From: a virus
Virus record (IMG/VR): IMGVR_UViG_3300027141_000003
Coordinates: 45,913 to 109,912 of that record
DNA length: 64,000 nt
Direction: 5' to 3' (one strand)
Shown: in pieces, positions 58,958-64,000 of the stretch
Position numbering within the stretch: the stretch's first letter is position 1
Layout: each line of letters starts with the position of its first letter
Made by a program: the position numbers and the translations under genes
Notes under the pieces: model-generated
What the model saw: the letters and a program-made list of their open reading frames with translations, nothing else
Databases searched by the model: none
What the model was told of the DNA's origin: nothing

Positions 58958-59508
58958 GCCATAAAGTATCCTGGCGCCTCTACAACATAATCTATATACG
59001 AATACTTTACTCCAGATTTAACTTTTAAAATTTCTATGTCAGTAGGCTTAAATATAAGCAGATCATTTTTTTGCGGGGAGTAAGTTATTCCTAGATCACT
59101 AAAAACTATTTCTCCTCCTTCAAAATCTCCTGCATAGTAAGCAAGCAAGTAGGGTATATTTTTAAAATGAGACATTTCCTGAATTACAGATTCGTCAGTA
59201 GGTCTACTTCTAATAAAGTTATCATGACTAAATATCCAGTATTGGGGGCTAACAAAATTTATAATATCGCTGTGAAATTGCTTATCAATAAAACCTAAAC
59301 TTAGCCTATCATTCCACATAGGATTTTCATGGTCTTCTGGCTCATAATTACCGTGAGTTTTCCAGTCTTCTTCTGCCATGCCTGCAAGAATCTCTTCCAT
59401 CTCGTTGATATTTTCATAAAAATCTTTATAAAGGTAAATATCTTCGCCCAGCAATATTCCAGACTTACCCTTAAACCTTAAATCTTTATCTAACATTTTC
59501 TCTAACAT
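58954..59508 (-). CDS. degenerate 2OG-Fe(II) dioxygenase-fold protein (iron ligands missing)
   Basis: Keeps GDFEGGEIVF, P.KNDLLIF and VKSGVKY but has no HxD and no distal His. True start is ATG 59508; the track start lies inside the tRNA. Confidence 0.7.
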   Translation of the reverse strand: MLEKMLDKDLRFKGKSGILLGEDIYLYKDFYENINEMEEILAGMAEEDWKTHGNYEPEDHENPMWNDRLSLGFIDKQFHSDIINFVSPQYWIFSHDNFIRSRPTDESVIQEMSHFKNIPYLLAYYAGDFEGGEIVFSDLGITYSPQKNDLLIFKPTDIEILKVKSGVKYSYIDYVVEAPGYFMA

Positions 59509-59526
59509 AATCCCTCTTTCTGTTTG

Positions 59527-59599
59527 CTGGACCACCAGGGCTCGAACCTGGGACCTAGAAGTTAACAGCTTCCCGCTCTGCCAGCTGAGCTATGGTCCA
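59527..59599 (-). tRNA. tRNA-Asn (anticodon GUU), CCA not encoded
   Basis: Acceptor TGGACCA/TGGTCCA, anticodon arm GGAAG-CTGTTAA-CTTCT, T-arm CCAGG-TTCGAGC-CCTGG. Confidence 0.93.
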
Positions 59600-59809
59600 A
59601 TATTTTATAAGTATACTAAATAAAGCCCGAAATGAAAAGTGCGAAAAAAAAGTGCGTCGGCGAGAGAAGACCCATATTCCAATCTGCGGTAATTTCTAGA
59701 ATATCCTTTATAAGCCTCTTAAGAGGGTTCTAAGGCCCTAACAGGTCGTATTTGGTGGATACACCCCATAGACCCTTAAAAGGGCGGCAGAGAAAAACCT
59801 AGCGATTTC

Positions 59810-59896
59810 CTACAATAGCCAAGATATAATATATACACCCATAAGTACCCAAGATACATAGATTATAGATTTATAAAGTTTAGAATACTTTATCAC
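59810..59896 (-). CDS. 28-aa membrane peptide (not in ORF track)
   Basis: GTGA overlap with the HNH stop; MIKYSKLYKSIIYVSWVLMGVYIISWLL. Confidence 0.35.
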   Translation of the reverse strand: MIKYSKLYKSIIYVSWVLMGVYIISWLL

Positions 59897-60171
59897 AATT
59901 TATTTTGCTTTCTAATATAAGTCCTAATACGATGACAATTAGAACAGACTATCTCACATTTAGCTATTTCTTCATCAATCTTCTTTTTGGATAGAGTCTT
60001 GATCAATTCCATAACATTTGCATGTTTCTGACCTCTTACGTGGTCAAAGTCCATAACATAATATGGGTAGATCAATTTGCAATCCATACAAGCAGTTGAA
60101 TTCTTAAGATCTCTAATATACTGAGCCAAATAAGACTTCTGTTTGGCTATAGAGAGCTTTTCGGACTTCAT
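59893..60171 (-). CDS. HNH endonuclease-like protein
   Basis: CMDC...MDFDHV...CEIVCSNCHRIRT. Confidence 0.8.
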   Translation of the reverse strand: MKSEKLSIAKQKSYLAQYIRDLKNSTACMDCKLIYPYYVMDFDHVRGQKHANVMELIKTLSKKKIDEEIAKCEIVCSNCHRIRTYIRKQNKL

Positions 60172-60250
60172 CCTAGGTAATACCTACAAGAGTGTCTCAT
60201 ATAGCTTAATTGTAGCAAAGAAAATTCTTAGCTACCCCGCTTTTTTAATA

Positions 60251-60820
60251 TTAATCCTTATTAGGATGATATTCTCCACCTGAATAAACAATACCTGCTC
60301 TAGGGGTTAAAGATTCCACTCCATGTTCTGTGCCATATTTAATAAAAACAATATCCCCAGGTTCAACTAAATATTCGTGAGCTTTACCATCCTGATATAA
60401 AGTCCACATAGTAGCACCTACTGCTTGCCAATGAATTGTATCAGTAGTATCAGTGTGTCTCATAATTCCACTGTTATTTGCAATCGCTCTATAGTTTTCA
60501 GATATAACAAACGTTAAGCATGCTTGCGAAGTTTGATGATCTAAAGCATTTGAAGATGAATCTTCTTTTTCATAGACTTTGCCCATAGCCTTAAGAAATT
60601 CTGCTACTCCATTAAAATTAGATATATCGTGATCTACTCCACAGTGCAGGATATAAAATCCTTCATAATCAGATCTATAGTTTCCAGCTGTTTTTGAAAA
60701 TTCAATATAGTCTAGCATATTCTGCCAGCTAGGTGTTTGCACCAAAGCCTTTTTAAATATCTTATGGTTAACTGCAGGATTTGCTATTGCAGCTTTAAAA
60801 TCTTCAACTAATTGTTCCAT
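60251..60820 (-). CDS. JmjC/cupin-type 2OG-Fe(II) hydroxylase
   Basis: HTD..DTIHWQAVG...W...LVEPGDIVFI..G..HGV. Confidence 0.8.
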   Translation of the reverse strand: MEQLVEDFKAAIANPAVNHKIFKKALVQTPSWQNMLDYIEFSKTAGNYRSDYEGFYILHCGVDHDISNFNGVAEFLKAMGKVYEKEDSSSNALDHQTSQACLTFVISENYRAIANNSGIMRHTDTTDTIHWQAVGATMWTLYQDGKAHEYLVEPGDIVFIKYGTEHGVESLTPRAGIVYSGGEYHPNKD

Positions 60821-60841
60821 AGTTTAATTATACCCCATATT

Positions 60842-61411
60842 CTAGTCAACTGCATTATATATGTATACTCCAAGTTTAAGTAAAAGGCTTCTTTTTAAAT
60901 GACATCCATCATCTGATTCTTCCCAACTAAGTCTATCTACGCCAAGTGCATCAACTATATCAATAACCTTTTGCCCAGAATTTTTTAAAGCCTCGTAAAA
61001 AATAGTTTGCTGCTTAAATCTTCTATCAAATGTGTGCCAATCATCTTTGTTATAATTGAACTCGTAAGTCAACTGGTCTATAGCTTGAGGTGTTGGTAGC
61101 ATAAATACAATATTCAGCCCATCAAAGAATTTAAGTGAAGTATTTACGTACTTTTCTACTACCTGCTCAGCATTCTTATGCTTAGGTAAATGCCTTCTGA
61201 TATCGCATTCTCCAAAGTTAAGAAGAATCGTTGTGTCGTGCTGTATATTTGATCTATCTACTAAAGTTTCATAATCTAGGGTGTATGCACTTCTACCGCT
61301 AAACACTATAGAGTTTGAAAACATGTCTAATTTATACAACCTTGATGCCTCTGATAAAGCAACACCCAAAGCACTAGCATGAGAATCCCCTACTACGGTT
61401 ATGTTCTTCAT
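60842..61411 (-). CDS. SGNH/GDSL hydrolase-like protein
   Basis: VVGDSHA, FGECD and DGCH (DxxH). Confidence 0.72.
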   Translation of the reverse strand: MKNITVVGDSHASALGVALSEASRLYKLDMFSNSIVFSGRSAYTLDYETLVDRSNIQHDTTILLNFGECDIRRHLPKHKNAEQVVEKYVNTSLKFFDGLNIVFMLPTPQAIDQLTYEFNYNKDDWHTFDRRFKQQTIFYEALKNSGQKVIDIVDALGVDRLSWEESDDGCHLKRSLLLKLGVYIYNAVD

Positions 61412-61524
61412 TATTTACTCCCGCAAGATTTAATATGATTGCTTAGTGTCATATGGGCAAATCCAGATCTTACTTCTATTTCCCGCCCACATTTATCGCA
61501 AGTTACTAGTCGGTTAGATGCCAT
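61411..61524 (-). CDS. 37-aa zinc-finger microprotein (not in ORF track)
   Basis: MASNRLVTCDKCGREIEVRSGFAHMTLSNHIKSCGSK; TTGACT-17-TATAAT-6nt-ATG; TAATG-coupled to the SGNH gene. Confidence 0.7.
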   Translation of the reverse strand: MASNRLVTCDKCGREIEVRSGFAHMTLSNHIKSCGSK

Positions 61525-61814
61525 TGTTTTATTATATACTCTATCTATATTCTAGTCAACTAAGATATATATCTAAGTATTGAAGTATGTGGATCCATTT
61601 GTATAATAAAAGTATTTAATTGTGTACTAGCAAGTAACATAGAAAAGTGTATAGCTACAGATAAAATTTTAGATGTTGATGATATTTTTTTCGTTGATGT
61701 TAGTATTGCATTCATATGCTAAACTCTTCCTATATATGTTATATGTGTTATATTTTGTATTTTTTGTATTTCTTGTATTTTCTGACCCCCCGACCCCCCT
61801 ATGGAATTATAACA

Positions 61815-62258
61815 TTATATATTTTCGTATGTCAAGACCTTTGTGTTTTTACTATTAGAAAGTTTATTTCTGACCATATCAGCAAGATTTGCTTTCTGGG
61901 TATCGTATCTTAAATTAGTCAACTGGTTATTATTCTTAACATCATCATAATGACAGACTACCTGACCTTTACCAGGTGCACCTACAAATGCCTGCATAAC
62001 TAATACATGTCCACGAATATTTTTTCTGTTTGACTCTGCGTCATAGAGTTCATACTGGATGTATCCAACTCCATCATTTCTTCCGTTTAAATAGCGATAT
62101 TCAGATAGATCAGCTCTTTTACCAGTAGCTTTTCTAGGTTTGCCATATCTTTGTTTTTTAGTTCTTACCCGCCCCAAGTTTGATACTTCATACTTGTCTG
62201 GTTTAAACGAACCGTTGCGTTGTATAATTTCTGGTACTTCTTTCCATATTTCATTCAT
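61815..62258 (-). CDS. NUMOD4-HNH homing endonuclease
   Basis: EIWKEV...YEVSNLGRVR (NUMOD4) and HVLVMQAF...VCHYDDVKNNN...NL (HNH_3). Confidence 0.88.
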   Translation of the reverse strand: MNEIWKEVPEIIQRNGSFKPDKYEVSNLGRVRTKKQRYGKPRKATGKRADLSEYRYLNGRNDGVGYIQYELYDAESNRKNIRGHVLVMQAFVGAPGKGQVVCHYDDVKNNNQLTNLRYDTQKANLADMVRNKLSNSKNTKVLTYENI

Positions 62259-62536
62259 CTTAAAATTATATAATATTTGTAGATTCTGGTCAACTACTAT
62301 TTCAGATTTAGCAAAATGTTAATATATTTTTATGATGTATGATCCAGGGTTTAGAAATGTCCGTTTTGTCTATATAGTGAGGACAGAGACTACCGACTTT
62401 GAGCGTGAGTGTGATGCTAATCACAAAAATACTTTTAGAATACTGACCAGTAACCCCCCTATTTGTCAGTCCCCCCTGCTAGGATTATAGTATAAAGAAA
62501 ATCAAGAAAGGTTCTTGATAAAGAAAGGAAAACAAA

Positions 62537-62725
62537 ATGTTTTCACTAAAATACACAGTAGGCTTAGGCTCTACTACCCTCCTAGTTCCTAGCGAGGAAT
62601 ACGCTAACGAGTATCTAGACCTAGTTTCACAGACTAGAGTTATAGATACAGTAACTCTAACCGAGTTACCTAACTACAAGCCTAGCACTCGCAAGGTTTA
62701 TGCTACTACTAGAAGTTGGGAGTAA
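62537..62725 (+). CDS. early-region hypothetical protein
   Basis: RBS GAAAGGA; upstream TGTCAG-N10-TAGGAT. Confidence 0.7.
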   Translation: MFSLKYTVGLGSTTLLVPSEEYANEYLDLVSQTRVIDTVTLTELPNYKPSTRKVYATTRSWE

Positions 62726-62729
62726 TCTA

Positions 62730-62834
62730 ATGAACGATTATCTTGATTATATGGACGAAATCTACGAGGAACTCGTAGAGGAGTTCGGACACGAAATTGA
62801 GTCCGTGTGTGACCATAATCACACTAACGCCTAA
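62730..62834 (+). CDS. 34-aa acidic microprotein (not in ORF track)
   Basis: MNDYLDYMDEIYEELVEEFGHEIESVCDHNHTNA; RBS GGGAG. Confidence 0.55.
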   Translation: MNDYLDYMDEIYEELVEEFGHEIESVCDHNHTNA

Positions 62835-62909
62835 CGGCGTGTCGCTATACAATGTCGGCGTTATGCGCTACAATTCCTACTATAACTACTAACGAAAGAA
62901 GAACAGATA

Positions 62910-63059
62910 ATGACAATAACATACTCACTATGGGACGGCGCTCAACTACTAGGCGTTGATTTCAAGGCTACTAGCGCCGATGAAATGAATAAGGTTGTAG
63001 CAGACCTACAAAAGGTTTCTAAGGGTGTCGTAGCACACCTACGAAAGGTTGAAATGTAA
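62910..63059 (+). CDS. 49-aa microprotein (not in ORF track)
   Basis: MTITYSLWDGAQLLGVDF...HLRKVEM; upstream promoter and GAAAGAAG. Confidence 0.65.
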   Translation: MTITYSLWDGAQLLGVDFKATSADEMNKVVADLQKVSKGVVAHLRKVEM

Positions 63060-63232
63060 TGATGACTAAATGGGATACTATTCAGGCAGATGTAGCAGAC
63101 GCTTATGTCTATCTAGAAGAAGAAGAAGCCTATAACAAGGCACTAGCAGAGGGCTTAGACTTACGCCTTAGCGAATACGAAGAAGATGAAATGTCTAAAT
63201 CACTAACACTAGATTGGGAGTCATACGAATAA
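63059..63232 (+). CDS. 57-aa acidic microprotein (not in ORF track)
   Basis: TAATG coupling; MMTKWDTIQADVADAYVYLEEEEAY...DWESYE. Confidence 0.65.
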   Translation: MMTKWDTIQADVADAYVYLEEEEAYNKALAEGLDLRLSEYEEDEMSKSLTLDWESYE

Positions 63233-63387
63233 TGATACCTACAGGATTTGAGTTATCTATAACTAACGAATACGGATTTGAGTTTGATAGTTTCTTAGGG
63301 GCTATCTACTTACCTTGGCACACTATTATTCTAACTACCTTGGCGGTAATTGCTTATAAGGTTTATAAAAGAAAGCGGGCTAAGTAA
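63232..63387 (+). CDS. 51-aa membrane microprotein (not in ORF track)
   Basis: TAATG coupling; hydrophobic helix followed by KVYKRKRAK. Confidence 0.6.
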   Translation: MIPTGFELSITNEYGFEFDSFLGAIYLPWHTIILTTLAVIAYKVYKRKRAK

Positions 63388-63500
63388 TGACTACTAATCG
63401 CTTACTAACTACCGCCGTCCAATTACTACTAGCGGGCGTAACTATTCCGCTACTAATCGCCGTAATCAAAGATATAAAAAATGGGGGACTAAATGACTAA
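63387..63500 (+). CDS. 37-aa membrane microprotein (not in ORF track)
   Basis: TAATG coupling; LLTTAVQLLLAGVTIPLLIAVIK. Confidence 0.55.
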   Translation: MTTNRLLTTAVQLLLAGVTIPLLIAVIKDIKNGGLND

Positions 63501-63693
63501 GTCACAATTTGAGAAAGATTTAGATATCAAAGATAGTTTTATAGATTTGCTAAATGATGTTTATCCTAGCGTAAAAATCGGTTACTCAACTTTTACACCC
63601 GCCGAAATCTTAGAGTGTTGCGATCCCGTTGCGTTTTCTATCGGGCTAATTGAGCACCAAGATTATTTAGCAGAATTAGAAGATGAGACGTAA
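63493..63693 (+). CDS. early-region hypothetical protein
   Basis: 66 aa, overlaps the previous stop; RBS GGGGGA. Confidence 0.7.
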   Translation: MTKSQFEKDLDIKDSFIDLLNDVYPSVKIGYSTFTPAEILECCDPVAFSIGLIEHQDYLAELEDET

Positions 63694-63959
63694 CTCACAC
63701 TAAAGATACGGCGTGTCGGCTTGACAAAATCGAGCTGGCCCGCAACTACTGCGGAGTCGGGCGTGTCGTTACGAGATTGTTATAAAATTCCCTGAATTCT
63801 GCGGCGTGTCGATTTGACAGACAAATCGGACATTTTGATGTGATGCTTATCACACGGCTTGAGCGTCTCACTATTTGGATTTACTGGCTAGTAATGTGAA
63901 AATGTCAGTGGGTTCGTGTATAATTCCATACATAACAACAAACGAAAGAAGGTCTGCCA

Positions 63960-64000
63960 ATGGCTACCAAACTATACACAATCGAAAGCCTACTTGTAGG
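63960..64000 (+). CDS. start of ORF truncated by window edge
   Basis: TGTCAG-N10-TATAAT promoter, RBS GAAGG, MATKLYTIESLLV... Confidence 0.55.
   Translation, partial: MATKLYTIESLLV

Larger units (their letters stand above)
62410..63854. promoter_or_regulatory. four CRP/GlxR-type boxes TGTGA-N6-TCACA (62410, 62808, 63684 [TGAGA], 63839)
   Basis: Read directly from sequence: three perfect and one single-mismatch match to the CRP consensus. Confidence 0.7.

Noticed and set aside
1-64000. Alternative genetic code
   Set aside because: Core genes are full length under the standard code and use TAA, TAG and TGA as stops; no suppressor tRNA was seen.

Overview
A 64 kb segment of a large AT-rich tailed dsDNA phage with a long non-contractile-type tail: 2261-aa tape measure, tail tube, and no sheath gene in the window. 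The host is inferred, not shown, to be an actinobacterium; the gene set resembles large freshwater actinophages, and the window has leaderless promoters plus CRP-type and GACAC-type boxes. Most genes are on the minus strand. In transcription order (right to left) they are: GT4 glycosyltransferase, class II RNR, holin-like gene, an ~11 kb second fibre/appendage module, a tailoring-enzyme operon, a LamG protein, portal-protease-capsid-neck-tail genes (with a -1 frameshift chaperone), tail fibres, metallophosphoesterase, DnaB helicase and the start of primase. The right end holds a secreted lytic transglycosylase, more dioxygenases, tRNA-Arg(UCU), tRNA-Asn(GUU), a candidate ~100-nt sRNA, two HNH genes and an early-type region of micro-ORFs with dense regulatory motifs. 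The best candidate for a new system is 34792-42750. There, a protein built as Fn3-Fn3-(FF[S/A/G]PPx)x23-Hint (intein-like) is followed directly by a tightly coupled nine-gene operon of six prolyl-4-hydroxylase-like 2OG-Fe(II) dioxygenases and three DUF6065-like proteins. This looks like a phage-encoded substrate plus tailoring cluster, either virion-fibre hydroxylation/glycosylation or RiPP-like. All family assignments are by motif recognition, not database search.
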